In this document: positions 26,601 to 40,692 of the stretch, one piece after another
How the letters are laid out: every line of letters starts with the position of its first letter
How positions within the stretch are numbered: the stretch's first letter is position 1
Source of the DNA: Octopus vulgaris
Lineage: Eukaryota
Length of the DNA stretch: 64,000 nt
NCBI GenBank assembly: GCA_951406725.2
Contig: OX597822.1
Span: forward strand, 64,046,001 to 64,110,000
Direction of reading: 5' to 3'
Notes under the pieces: generated by a model
Told to the model about the DNA's origin: nothing
Database searches by the model: none
The model's input: only the letters and a program-made list of their open reading frames with translations
Translations under genes and position numbers: made by a program

Positions 26601-27479
26601 GTAGCGTAGTATGGTGCAGAAATGGAGGAAGAGGTTCACCCTAAGTAATGCTTATATGTGCTGGGAGGCACTTATGGGTCAGTCGTATAAGAGTGTATAA
26701 ACTGTATTGAAACAAGTGTTTTTAATATCAGGACACTGATAAGAGGGGACTCGAGGGCTACATTGGGCAGCACACACACTAGCTATTCGCAAAATGTAAC
26801 CTCTCCATCCAATGATGTGACCTGTAAGAGGTCATTGACCCTGCTCAAAACGACAGTTAAATATCCCTCCAAATACAATTTATTGTATTTGGGACACATT
26901 GGCGATTTCGTCTTAGATACTTTATCTCTGTAAACAAAACGTGGTAGTCACGACTGGGATGTCTACGATCATGTTTGCTCGATCGGGATTTGTTTTCATA
27001 TCTCCTGAGCGCCGTGAAGTCTAAAAGGTTGAGAAGCATAGCTCCCTACTTCTAGCCATCAATAGGTCCAGTTTTGGCTGCATCTTGACTCCTTCAGAAG
27101 GATCCAAAAACCTACTTCCCGAAAACCAGTTTTGTAGGAAGTATTTTTTTCATTAGCGTTAAACATTTCAATTTGATTTTATGAGCCGGAAATAAGCTAT
27201 TCAATGTAGTGGTCCCAGTATTATTTCATACAGGAAATGATTACGTTTGACGACTATTAAAATGAAAAATATACAGAAACAAAGAAAGTGAGAGAAATCG
27301 ACGGAGATTATGCGCATGCGCACACGTGTGTATCGGCATACACTCAAACTCCAACAGTCATTGAAAAAGAAACCTGATCCCAATTCCTTTGTTCTCGAGT
27401 AATGGATGTAATAGAATAATAACAAATATTAACACACACACACACACACAAATCGCAAGACGGTACTCAATATATATGT

Positions 27480-27807
27480 ACGTGGCTGTGTGGTAAAGAA
27501 GCTTGCTTCCCAATCACATGTCCTGGGTTCAGTCCCACAGCGTGGTACCTTGGGCAAGTATCTTCTGCCATAGCCTCGGACCGACCAAAGCCTTGTGAGT
27601 AGATTTGGTAGACGGAAACTGAAAGAAATCTGTCGTGTATATATATATATATACGTCCCCGTCACTTAGCGGTTCGGCATAAGAGACCGATAGAATAAGT
27701 ACTGGGCTTACAAAGAATAAGTTCCGGGGTCGATTTGCTCGACTAAAGGCAGTGCTCCAGCATGGCCGCAGTCAAATGACTGAAACAAGTAAAAGAGAGA
27801 AAAAAGA

Positions 27808-27861
<54 letters not shown>

Positions 27862-28030
27862 TTGTCCCCCCACCACCACCACCATCGCTTGATATAGCGG
27901 TTCGGCAATGATACCGATAGAATAAGTACTAGGCTTACAAAGGACAAGTCCTGGGGTTGATTTGTTCGACTGAAGGCGGTGCTCCAGCATGGCCACAGTC
28001 AAATGACTGAAACGTGTAAAAGAGAGAAAA
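27480..28030 (+). mobile_element. Family-A SINE plus an extra 3' half
   Basis: Family motifs; the 3' half recurs after a (TA)n(TG)n tract. Confidence 0.85.
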
Positions 28031-28890
28031 AGTAATACAGTTTACATTGACGACTTGGCCGCTTCTCAAATTCCATGCTCTGGGATCATGTGAGTGTGTG
28101 CGTGCGTATATGCTCATACAGAAGGCAGAGTGAGAGAGAGAGAAAGAGAGAGATTTGGATGTACTAAGTACTATTAAGAAAGGAAGAGCAATACACTTAT
28201 TTATTAGTTGTTTCAGTTACTGGAGTGCGGGCCATACTGGGGCACCACCTCGAAGAGTTTAGCCGAATATTCTCCACTACTTATTCTATCGCACCCTTTT
28301 GCACCGAACAGCTTACGTTACGGAGACGTAAATAAACCAGCACCGGTTGTCAAGCCATGTGGAGGGGGGCAAACACAAACGCGTGCGGGTACATACAATG
28401 GGCTTCTACAGATTCCGTCCACCAAATCCACTGTCAAGGCGTTGGTTAACTAGAAGATATATAAGTAAACAAACTTGCTCAAGGTGCTGCGCTGTGCGGT
28501 GGGACTGAACCCGAAACCACATGGTTGTAAAGCGACCTTCTTAACCACACAACCGATTCTGTGTCTATTAACCCAACTGGAACTGGAAAATCTTTGACTG
28601 CAATCCTTCGGTATTGGTGCATGACGTCAGTCACTCACACAACTTTTCCTAATGATAGATTTAAAAAAAGAGAGAGGGGGGGGCAAAAAAAGAGGGCGAA
28701 TGATGTCGTCTCCACACATCGATACTCTGTAGACCAATATCGAAGAAATGCTGGCTTTGATACCTCACGGTGACCAATGGTTTCATTTTGGTATGGGAAT
28801 CTTCAGATATTCCGTAAACACAAAAAAGAATAACCATCAAACGGATGAACAGAAATATATCGGAAAACGAAACAAAATAAAAAATAAATT

Positions 28891-29298
28891 AGATCTTTTC
28901 TGTTTGAACGGCAGTTTTTTAAAATAATTTCCACGTAACTAAACACTTTTAAACTTCGTATCCTGGTAGAATGTGTTTATAAAACATCTTTTTCTCTTGG
29001 TTTTATTGAGAAAATTCTATAGTTTGTAAGATATTTGTGGGGTTTTTTTCTTCAATTTCTGCAATTTCAACCAATCAATGACATCCATTTGGGGTGAAAA
29101 CATTCTGTGTCGTATGAATATGTCTCTCGTTTAAGAAACAGATTGGGTTTATTTACATTTCTGAAGAAAAAAAGATACCCTTGCCCCCACCCCTAAAACA
29201 GACTGGAATGCAATAGATCGATACTAGGGTCATAATTATGGGTGACAATTTCATATGACACCGCTAGAAAAAAACTGCCGTTCAAACCGAAAAGATCC
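28891..29298. mobile_element. MITE with ~29-bp TIRs
   Basis: GATCTTTTCTGTTTGAACGGCAGTTTTTT vs AAAAAACTGCCGTTCAAACCGAAAAGATC (1 mismatch); possible 8-bp TSD AATAAATT/AAAAAATT. Confidence 0.85.
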
Positions 29299-31742
29299 AA
29301 AAAATTAATTGCACAGCTGCAAGTAACACTATATAACAGAAATTACGTCGTCGTAGTAGTAGTAATAATAGTAGTAGTAGTTATCCAACTATAGAATGTT
29401 ATCAATGAGATGAAAGGTCAATAATGATGGATAAAAAAAAGATTTAGAAGTTAATTCTTATCGTCTTATTTCAGTGCAGACAACTCGGTCGTTGCTAGTT
29501 ACTGTGTGTATGTGTGTGTGGTTTCCGCTTTGCAACCACGTGGTTTCTGATTTAGTGTCACCTTGGGCCGTCGTATAGTATAAGTATACGTGTGTGTGTG
29601 TTTGTGTGAGCACACGCGTCTTAGTATCTGTATTTGCCCCCCTTCCTCACATCGGGCCACCGCTTGACGACCTGTGTTGATTTGTTCACGTCCCGACTAA
29701 AATCCTTCGAGGCGGTGTCCCAACAAAGTCGCTCGCAGTCCAACGAATGAAACTGGTTGATTAAAATACATGTGTGTGAGAAAGAAATGGATACTTATCA
29801 GCGGAATAGACTAGAAAGGACGGTACATACATACACATCGAAAAGAGTGATAAATATCAAATAGGCCATTGTTTTGTGCGTAAGGCATGGGAAATGCATT
29901 GTCGAAATTGTAATGGAAAGAAAGAAGGAAGCAATAGATGATTGGGACAACGCTTTAGTTTTAAAGAAATAAACAAATCATTTATCATCCATCGAAGAAA
30001 CGATCTTTTTCTTTTTTTCTACGCTTGCACAAAGGTCTGCTCCTTTAGGACCGACCAGCAACAGCCCATATTTGGATATGCGCGCGCGTATGTGTAGAGA
30101 TAGATAGATAGATAGTTATAGAAGTGGTGGTGTTCAGTTAGCGGAACACGTGAAGAAGCATTTCCATGCACAATGCATGACGTGCCTGTATCTATGTATG
30201 TATATGCCTTTACACCTGCACGCATACACATTGAGCCAACTAGGAAGTAGGTACATAATCGCTGGTCCTGCTGGAAATAGAAGCCAAATCTCCCTCGAGT
30301 CACACATTTTACACGGACAATGTGGTTCTGCACAAAAGGGAAAGGCGTTATGGTCATGGCTGAAATCTCTTTGATGACAAAATTTACACTCTCAGAACTG
30401 ACCCGAGGCTAAACAACAATACAAAGGCATATCTTAACGTGCGGTGTATAGCTCATCGCATGTGTGAAAGCGCGTGCGATGAGCACCGGCCTTCATCTGT
30501 CGTCTGATCAACCACCACCATCCAAGCCCTTTGTGATAAAAGGTAAGTTTTCTACCAAAGTGTGTTTTAATGGAGTCCATTTGGCTGAAAATACGCATTG
30601 AGGGTCAAACTTCCACTCCTTACTTCATTCTACGAGTCACAAAGACCTTGGAAAGTGTTATGGGGCATAGTTTTTCCTCATCTATGTCATAAAAAAAGTT
30701 TAAGCACGGCCAGACTTTTTTGTGCTAATGTGCGGAAGAAAGCGTTTTCAGTAGACAATAGAGTCGGGAATTACCGTCTAAAACTTATTTCTTTGGATCT
30801 ACATGCTTTAAGCATCGTAGATTATGAAGCGAGGAACGGGAGATTCCCTACCCAGCGTTTACGAAATTTTATAGAAAACAAGGATGATGGACAACTGCCT
30901 CAATTTTTATTTTCAGATTTGTAATCTACAACTTCGAAAAAATTACGGTTTTGGTACACTTGATAATTTCCGGCTCTATTTTATACGAATACCGCGTATT
31001 CTACTGTATGTATAGAGAATCTGTGAGTGTGTGGAGAGAGAGAGAGACGTGCGTGCGTGCGTTTCAGCAGGAGCGCAATCACAGCAGCATATATGATGAT
31101 ATCCTTTCTACTGGACGCTTATACTCATATTGCACAATCGTGACAACAGGCCACAGCAAAGGCGGTAAGAAAACAAGTGGAACAATTATCACGGGCCAAC
31201 AATTTTGAAACAGTCTACTCTTTCAATTAGAGGCAGGCAAAGGGAAGTCCGACTCTTTGGTAAAGAATTACTCTTTATCATAAATCGTCCGAAATTTTTA
31301 AGCTGTTTAAACTGTCATGTAACAACATGACAGTTTTATCATGTACGCAACTTCCGCATAAATAATACATGCATCACCACTGATTACTAAAACACTTAAC
31401 GGACTGAATAAGGACCTACACTTCACACTATCATGTTTCCAGTTCTGCACATGTTTTGTTAGGGGTATCGGATTATCAAATCAAGTTGCAGATAAGATCG
31501 ATGGTTCGTCGTATATCTACACTGAAACATAGAAACAACAGTAATACTAGCGTTGTTGTTGTTTATACTCAGGTCAGCCCTTAATGTGCAAACCGACAGG
31601 ATTATGTTTTTCCAACATTGTGTTCTTGCTTTTAAGAGACAGTACGGTAATTGTCTTGAGACTATGCACCGCGGACGTTTTAGAATTACGAAGTAAAGTT
31701 TCGGAAAATCCATACTGTTGTTTGTGAGTGTTGAAAACGTGT

Positions 31743-31900
31743 TTGGTTTGCCTTGACACTAACTCTGTTCTTATTTGCCTGAAAATAAAATTGTAGGACC
31801 ATACTAACTTGGTCTGTCTTGTCCCTATCTCTGTTCTAATTTTTCAGCCTCAAACTTGTAGAACCATGTTAACTGGTTTGCCTTGCCCCTATCTCTGTTG
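31743..31900. repeat. Degenerate ~66-bp tandem repeat, about 2.5 copies
   Basis: TGGTTTGCCTTG..CT.TCTCTGTT motif three times, TTGTAG.ACCAT..TAAC twice. Confidence 0.7.
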
Positions 31901-32531
31901 GAGATTACCTACCGCCATTGTGCAATATGAATACTAAAGATACTAATATAACAACTACTCTTAACAGCTGCTGTGATTATACTCCTGCTAAAATACACAC
32001 ACACATACAATTAGTAAATACTATAGAAAGTACTCTAATATGCACATCATGTAACTAATAAATTATTGTTATTGTCGTTAAGGCGGCGAGCTGGCAGAAT
32101 CGTTAGCACGCCGGGTGAAATGCGTAGCCGTATTTTGTCTGCCGTTACCTTCAGAGTTCAAATTTCACCGAGGTCGACTTTGCCTTTTATCATTTCGGGG
32201 TCGATTAAATTAGAACCAGGAGCTAGTCTATAACGAAGGGAGCTCATATTTCACTGTTGGCACTTTATTTTGACGATCCCGGTGAAATGGCGAAACTCGA
32301 ACTCAGAACGTACAACTTTTTTTTTTCCCGACGATTCTGCCAACCAGCACGTTGCGCCTCATTTTCTTTCTTTTTTGTTTATAAAATAACAATGACGGTA
32401 GTCGATTTAATCAATCTTAGTATTTTATCAAACTCCTACGAAATAAAGAAGTAGCAGAAACGGGGCGGGGGGGGGCGAATTGGGATTCCCGAAACGAAGG
32501 ACAGTAAAATTCATTTAAATACAGCGCTTCG

Positions 32532-32944
32532 CTGTACGATAGTTTGTTTCTTCAAAGATGGAATAAGTGTGCCATTCGTTTTCCGGTTAAGTCCGATCAA
32601 CTTTCTAGAAATAGCAGCCTAATCTCTTCTTAAATTGTACCGTTTTTAAAATGAAAGACGTGTTCGATAATGAAGTCTTCTATGGCGTTTCTATGCTAAC
32701 CTGGAGCAAAAATATTACTTTTACTGGGCGCTTTTTAAATATAAATCCGGTTAGTTATCGATGACAGCAAAATTTCCAACTCCAGATTTATTATTATTTA
32801 TTCATTTTAAGACAACACCAATATAATGAATTAATGAGAAAAAAAAAACCCACTCGAATTTCTAAATATCCTAACATTTTCTGACTTGACCGGAAAACGA
32901 ATGGCACACTTATTCCATCTTTGAAGAAACAAACTATCGTACAG
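32532..32944. repeat. 62-bp inverted repeat (32532-32593 / 32883-32944)
   Basis: CTGTACGATAGTTTG...TTTTCCGGTTAAGTC and its reverse complement, 1 mismatch. Confidence 0.92.
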
Positions 32945-33905
32945 TCTTTCTAGTTAACTTTTTCTAGACACACCTGGTCCAAATACTTGCAACAGAGTGG
33001 ACTCCGCAGATTGTACCCAGTTACCAGGTGATTAATCTAAACTAGGCAACAAGTTAAGTTTTGTATCCAAAGACACAAACAAACCGGAACAAATATCACA
33101 AGATATCTTATTCCGATACATGTTTTAACAATTCCGCTTATCAAATTGCTCTGGATTGTAATCCCGAAAAATAAAAAAAAAATATGGAAGGTAAAATTAA
33201 CCTCGGCGTTATTTGAAATCAGAACGTAGAGAGCCGAAGCATGACAAGATATTCTGTCCCATGAGTGAACCAATTTTCCACTAAAAAGTGGTGGTGGAAG
33301 TCTGCGTTGGATAAATAAGACGACGGTGGTGGAGGCGGTCGTCTGCGTCGGCTCCATAAGACGATGGTGGAGTGGCAGAAAACGGCATATGTACCAGAGT
33401 GACTGAATGAAAGAATGCTTCACAGTAATTTTCGTTTTGTCACTTAGTTCAAATCCCATCGGAGACCAACATCTCTCTTCATCCCTCTGGCAGTCGAAAC
33501 ACTAGTCCAGGTATCTAACTGAGGTCGAAGTCAATCGACTACACATATCCCTTCTTCTCCCCACAACAAACATGTACCGTAAAGCCCTAACAAGAAATCA
33601 ATGATATACCGCTGGTCGTTCACTTCAGATAACGATATCAACTTCAACTGTGTATATGTGTGTGTGAGAGAAAGAGAGGGGGATAGAGAAGAGGAGAGAG
33701 ATAATGGACAGTTGAGTCGTCATTCATTTGATAGGAAATTGTTGATGTTTAACCCTAGGTCAACCCTGACTGAAAAGGAAATTCTGATTAAAGGCGTTGA
33801 AAATGTAACCATTCTTATCTTTTTCTTGTTTTTCTTTTCAAGTATTGTGTATTATTTGAGGGAGATCAAGCTGTCATTTCTAACAGACTCAGCGACCGCG
33901 TAGAG

Positions 33906-34053
33906 CAGGCATAGGCGACCTTATTTCGAGAAACGAGCCACATGAGACACGGTTCATCAACAAGCGGGCCGCACTACTAAAAAATTCAAGATAATTTTTC
34001 GTTGGGCGGTGCCGCTGAGAAAGTCCCGCGAGCCCCAGATTGTCCAAAGACTG
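33906..34053. mobile_element. Degenerate hAT-like MITE
   Basis: CAGGCATAGGCGACC left end, GCGGGCCGCA subterminal-type motif, imperfect 8-bp flanks GCGTAGAG/ACGTAGTG. Confidence 0.5.
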
Positions 34054-34232
34054 ACGTAGTGGCTGCTTCGTTTTGGTTCGATCGATGAAGCAGTTAAGCT
34101 GACCGGCGTGAAAATTCCTCAGAAAATGACTAACGACAAGCTATTTATAGCTGACTGAATTGATTTTAAAGAAATAAAATCATTAGTAATAATATAAAAT
34201 CAATCAGATGACTATAGTATCATTCATTCACG

Positions 34233-34304
34233 TGTCGGTTGAAAACTTCACTAACCGCTACTGCGCAAACTCAGAGTAGCTGTGAGTGAAGTTTTCAGCT
34301 TACA
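34233..34304 (+). ncRNA. Candidate pre-miRNA-like hairpin
   Basis: 26-bp stem (2 mismatches, 2 G-U pairs on +), 12-nt loop, short basal extension; no known miRNA recognised. Confidence 0.3.
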
Positions 34305-34626
34305 ATTATATTCATGGGATTAATTCTACAAAATATATCGAGTAATTCTTTGAGTCATAAAAAAAAAAGAAAGCGTATTTCAATAGATGCTTTTAAAATA
34401 ACAACAAACATTAACAGAATAAACAATATATATATATATATATATATTTCAACAATTGAGGGTAAAATTAATTATCTCTCTCAGATAGTGTTTGCCTAAA
34501 CCAACTCACAAAAGTATGGGGGAAAAAACATTAAAAAATCAAATTAGAAATAGCTGAAGAAATTTCTTTAGCTGCTATTTCTAATGAGTTCAGTATGTGG
34601 CAAAGTAATTTATTTTACTAAGCCCT

Positions 34627-34676
<50 letters not shown>

Positions 34677-37322
34677 GAGAAAGAGAAAATGTGAATAGTG
34701 CACAGATCAGAAATATATTTACGGTCACAAATACAATTGAACATAGTTATTCCATTACCAAATATATTAAAGGTATAAGTATGCATGTGTGTGAGAGAGA
34801 GAGCGGAGGGAGTTGACACCTTTCATGCCAAATGTTTTTCCTCCATTATGAATGTGCGCGGCCAAGTGGTTATGGTGTTGTTTGGCTCATGACTACAAGG
34901 TCGTGGGTTCGGTTCCTTGACCGAGAAAGCAAGGCACTTCGCTCAATGTTGTTCCAGACTGCACTGCTGAATATCAGTAGCAGCGCAGTACTGGTGAAGC
35001 CCTTTCTCCTTCGCTAAGCTGTCACACATCCTCGATGTTCATTCCACTGGGGTCAAGGATCGGAGGCCACGACTCCATAAAACATGAAGCGAAAGTGTGG
35101 TACATATGCTAGCCGGTCAAACTCGCTTGCGAGTGACGGTTTAGAAAACTAGATATAAACTAGTTTTGGTGGTGTTCATCGTAGAAGAATCGAATTCAAA
35201 AGACCCAATCTTATATGTGTAGTAACAGAAGCAACAGCAGAGTGTGAGCACAAGTGTCTGTGTTGGTGCGTGCGTGCTGATACGTGTGTGTGTTTGCCTT
35301 ATGTGTTGATATGTGGATACCTTGTTCTCAATATACGTTTTTTTACTGTGTGTTTGTGTGCATGGTCAACAATGTAGAAAAAAAATGCTGGAAGAAAATG
35401 TGTGGGTATGTATATATATATATATATACACACACACACATCGTTAGTGGAGGAAAAAAAGAGCCGGGTAGGACATCGAATACGTAAAGGCCCGTACTGA
35501 AATGAAACAAGGGTACGACAAAATAACAACAGAAACTCTTTCCCACGCACCATAGTTATATCTCTTGCCAACACTCTGAAGAATAATAATAAAGAAAGAA
35601 AAAACTAAAGTGCTCCAACCAACTTGTTTCTCAACAATTTCAGGTGTGTGTGTGTGTTGCTATCGACAACTTATATATAACACTGTCTAATGAATAGATT
35701 TATTAATTACACAAAAACCCAGAAAGTTATAAAAAGCGATTGAAAACATTAGATGCCGCTGAGATAGAGATATTTTTCTTTTTACAGTCAGATATAGGAG
35801 GGCATAATCAAATGTTTTTTTTTTTTTTTGTATACAAGTTCAGCTTTAGCCCAGGTCGGCTGTTTTTCATATCCACGGGTTTGAACAGAAGTCCCGGTCA
35901 AGCATAGAAGAGAAGAGAGGTTGGCCTAATCTCGTCTATCCTACTCCAGATCGTTGGTTATATTTGCTGTGTCTCTGTGAGAAATCATTAAGAGCTGCAG
36001 AGAGCAGAAAAAGACAGGCACAAAGCTATGGCAAACATTTTAGAGGATGAGTTTAGTCGATTAACGCAACCCTCGTAGTTTATTTTAGTGATTCCAGAAA
36101 GGATAAAAAGCAAAGATGGCCCGGCCCCTTGGACACTTAATTATATCTGTTTACGTTCTGAGTTCAAATCTCGCTAGACTCGACTTTGCCTCACCCTTTC
36201 GACAGCAATAAAATGGAGAGAAAAAAAAAAACTGAGCGTTCTCTGTAGCCGAGTTCGCTACAGTGGTCGTAGTGACGATTTGACAAGCGTTGTCTGTAAC
36301 AGTACAGTCTCCGGTTCAATTCCCCGACATTCTATCCGAAGAAAGCTTCATATTTTTCAAATGCATAACTCTACAGAAGGTAGAACGAAGCACTGGTTCT
36401 ATAGAATCTTGAAATTCACGAATGGATTAATTTTTTGGGAAGACATTATTCAATATCGACTATTTTCCATTCGAATCTTACGAAAGTTGACGTGTGTGCA
36501 TGTATGTGCGTTTGGGATTCCGTTAGAAACAGACGCAAACTCAATTAAAATAAGGGTATATTAATGTCTTTCAAAGAGAAGTTACTTGTACTGGACTACC
36601 TCTGACGATTTCTCAACAAAGTTAACAGCACTAGTTCTATAAAGGTTATTTCATTTCACAAAGGGAGAGAAAACGAACTCAATACGTAACAGAACGTTTA
36701 CAGTTATTAGTACTGGAGTATACAAGTGACTAAAAGCGGTTAGTTTTGTGCAAGACGCTTACCAAAAGTTTAATACATATACACGTACACACACACAATT
36801 AAAGGAAATCTATCTTTGAAGTTCTAGCTTTAGTTTGAGGCTAATTTTCTTTTATATAAGAACACGATATGCATGTAGAGGCTGGATAGTCATTTATATC
36901 GACCCCAGCATTTGACTATCGGTTATATAAACTAAGCTCAGAAAGACGTTAGATCAAGATGAATTTGACGGAATTTGAACTCAGGATACGTAGTTATAAA
37001 AGTTTGCTTGTCACTCTTCTGATTCTGCTACGGGTACCCACGAATGAAAGTAAATTTCCAGCGTACCGAACCTGCGAAAACGGTTTCGATTATAATTCAG
37101 AGTCGTTTCTCGAGGGGTGGGTGAAAGCAGAAACATGTCCTTCACACAATTACATCTTCCTCTTCGCCGTTCCCTTTATCTTAATAAACACAACCCGTTG
37201 TGTTTTGGTAAAGACAGCCGATATGGATGAGAAACAACGAACGGATTTAATCAGCGAGAGACGGGACAATTTTGTGACTGTGTGCGCATCTTTTCTTTGT
37301 TAACATGTGTTATTATCATTAC

Positions 37323-37432
37323 CATCCGAGGAATGTATTTCTCTGGAGGAATATAGGATAGGCCTCAAACGCATCCATACCGTCTCCTCCACACTGTATG
37401 CCAGTCTTTGTGTGCGTTGCTGCGCCTTTATA
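37323..37432 (-). promoter_or_regulatory. Candidate TATA promoter and short first coding exon (MDAFEAYPIFLQRNTFLG)
   Basis: TATAAAGG at 37432-37425, ATG at 37378, donor TG|GTAATG at 37323/37322, in unique CpG-richer sequence. Confidence 0.3.
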
Positions 37433-37698
37433 GATGCGTTTAATTTGGCCGCCCGCTGTCATTCCAAATGAACTTGCTCGTTGATGTGCCGTCCCGCATT
37501 GAGGCACTTCATAACGGCCTATTCTAGTCTAGACATCAATAGGTTTTAATGAAAATACACAGGACGTTGCTCGATAAACAAAGACCTTACTGAAAGAGCG
37601 TAAAAAGAAAAAGAGGAAGGGTTTACGGCGTTCATTCTTTTCCAATATCAATTATGGTAGAAACGACACAAAACGCTTATTTATCTGTTGCCCTATGT

Positions 37699-37854
37699 CA
37701 GTGGTTCCCAACCACTTTTATTTAAATAAAATTTCCCACGGACTCCTTTTTAATACGCTTATCCTTATATGAAATTTTGAATTTAGTTCACGGACCTGCA
37801 GTACTACCTTTGAGGACCACTATGGGTCCATGGAGCCCAGGTTGGGAACCACTG
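37699..37854. mobile_element. hAT (Charlie-like) MITE
   Basis: Perfect 15-bp TIR CAGTGGTTCCCAACC/GGTTGGGAACCACTG; 8-bp TSD CCCTATGT/CCCTGTGT. Confidence 0.92.
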
Positions 37855-40294
37855 CCCTGTGTACTAAACATAAATATAAATAGCCGGACGACAGTTGAGA
37901 ATTATACAATGTACTCGAGCTTGGCAATAATCTAAAAGTCCTGGCGGGGGTCTAATCCTGCTTCAGCCTGCTTGAGTTTCTCCACTTTATATGAAGCCAA
38001 AGAATTTTTAGCGATGAACCAGCTACCCAATGGCTTCTGAACACACAACTGTATCTATCTATCTATTCATTGTGCAAGTCTGGGTATGGCAAACTTTGGC
38101 GTGAAGTTCCATCGTCCAGATTCGACCACAAAACGGAATTGGTTAATTTACATCGCTTTATGTCATACAGAAAGGTATGAATGCTGTGGACTCCCATTTC
38201 TGTATCTCTCCGTCTCTGATATCTACATTAAAAACAACAACAAAAAACCATACACACACACACACACACACACTAGCATAAGTGGTGTGTGTCTGTGTGC
38301 AGTTCTCCGTGCGCAAGCTCTCTCGAGCACACACGCAATACTAAAACAGTAGTAGCTGTATAGTAAAGCTGTGTTGACTAAATTATGCAGAAAGGGACAG
38401 TTCCGTGAAGAAAGTAATAAAGCGTCCCGGGGACGATGAAAAAGAAAAAAAGGGAGCCCGGCATGTATAAATGAGTGCAAAAAGTAAGGGGGGGTGTCAT
38501 CATTTAAACGGTTCAAATTTAGCAAATGTACTGAGCCAACGAGTGATCACTATACACGCTAGAAATAGTAGTGAAATCAAATCTCATTCAATCACAGCCT
38601 ATTGACTTTAAAATGAGAAAGATACAGTGTGTGTGTATATATGAGTGTGTGTGTGTGCAGAACTGTGAATGAAGGTGTTTTAGTTATGACTAACCCGTCG
38701 TATGTGAAAGGAAGGTGTTGCAATTACGACGGGTTAGTCATAAATGGAACGCATTTGCTCATAGGTGTGTAGACCAATCAGCAAATGGATTCCAGCTTAT
38801 GGGGCTAACCTGAAGACAAAAGAACAACTGGTTACTTAAGATTCATCTTCTTAAATCCCAACTTGATGGGATCTTTAAATAGGATAGACAGAAGAGAAGA
38901 GAGAGTTAAACACGTTTCACGCAGCCAGTCTTTCTTTCTTTCTCTCTCTCTCTCTCTCTAGCATGCGTTCGGATGTAACTTCCACTGACCAAGTCAAGCG
39001 ACACCTGCAGCCAACGCCCAGTTGGTGGTAGCAATGAGGAATGCAGACTTGGCAGTGCAATAAAGACTTCAGCTTTGCAACTCTGTGGTATCAAGTTCGA
39101 TCCTTCCATGCATTAATTTGGGCAAATGTTTTTGTTTTTTTTAATTTTCTTTTGTCATAGCCTTATGAATAAAATTCAGAAAATTATCAGAAGAATCGTC
39201 ACGTTTGTTTTGAAATAAGATTTAAACTATCGTATTGTTTTACACCATAATCACCTCGCACTTGTAAAGTCTTTACTAGAGTTTTCTGGCTTGATCTTGG
39301 GGATACCGAAAGGGATCATGGGCGTGGACTTTCTCAGTTTTATCTTTTACTTTTTGAAAAGTTTTGGTCAAACAAATCGACCCCGGGACCTATTCTTAAG
39401 TATGGTACTTATTCTATCGGCCTCTTTTGTCGAACTGCTAAGTGACAGGGACGTAAACGGACCAACGGTTGTTAAACGGTGAGTAGGTAAACACACATAT
39501 ATGTACAAACACGATGGGCTTCCACACAGTTTCCGTCAACCGAATTCACACACAAGGTCGATCCGGTGATATGGAAGACCCTTGCTCAAGTTGCTGCGCG
39601 ATTGAACCCGAAATCATGCGGTTGAAAAGCGAGCTTCTAAACGCGCATATGCAATTAAACAAAATCAATTAATTTCGAGCTAATTATATCTTCATATCGT
39701 GCTTATGTGTCTGATAGTATATCCATATTTCTAGGAGAAACCTTCAGTAATCTATCACCAGTGCTAAAAGTTCTGGTAGGACCGCATCCGTTTAGACGTT
39801 TGGCCCGCCGTATACACTGGACCGTACAACCTAACACTTAACTTTCGTACATGACCGTACAGGCGCCCGTCCCGTAACCAATCTTACTCGTGCATAATTA
39901 AATCTATACAACCATGCAGATGTATAAGTATTATATAACATAACTATTTATCATCTATCGATTTATACACTTTTAATCGAGTTACCGTTTGAAAGTTTTT
40001 TAATAACTGAATAGATTTAATGCTCATATTTAGCCAGAATCTTTGATCATATGCAGAAGATAAAACAGGCTTTGTAATTGATTTTTATCCATCTACCCTA
40101 GAATGTTACCTGTAGGATGAAGCAAAAAATCTAAATTTTGAAAAAAAGGAAAAAAAAAATTTTTTTTTGTTTTATGAAATACAGGAATATTGAAAAAAAT
40201 TTTTTTAAAAAACTGAAGGCGGGGAGACTGACCATACAAATATCACCCTAAAATTTTAATTAATCTGCCAAATAATAGCAAAATCAATCCTTTT

Positions 40295-40692
40295 TATAAT
40301 TTGCACGAGGCCTGGAATTTTGGGGTGGGTGGGGTGGGAGAGGGCTAGTCGTTTACATCGACCCCAGTGCCTCAACTGGTAACTGTTTACATCGACCCCG
40401 AAAGGATAAAAGGCGAAATCGACCTGGCAGAATTCGAACTCAGAACACAAGGACAGTCGAAATACCCATTTCTTTACTACCCACAAGGGGCTAAACACAG
40501 AGGACAAACAAGGACAGACAAACGGATTAAGTCGATTATATCGACCCCAGTGCGTAACTGGTACTTATTTAATCGACCCCGAAAGGATGAAAGGCAAAGT
40601 CGACTTCGGCGGAATTTGAACTCAGAACGTAGCAGCAGACGAAATACTGCTAAGCATTTCGCCCGGCGAGCTAACGATTCTACCAGCTTGAT
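40295..40692 (-). mobile_element. Old family-B SINE carrying an inserted young unit
   Basis: Young tail joins GGGTATTTCGAC of a diverged copy that ends in the older tail. Confidence 0.85.

Noticed and set aside
20281-27039. Shared ~51-bp segment at 20281-20331 and 26989-27039
   Set aside because: Ends AAAAGGTTGAGAAGCA, most simply a hAT-type terminus fragment present twice.
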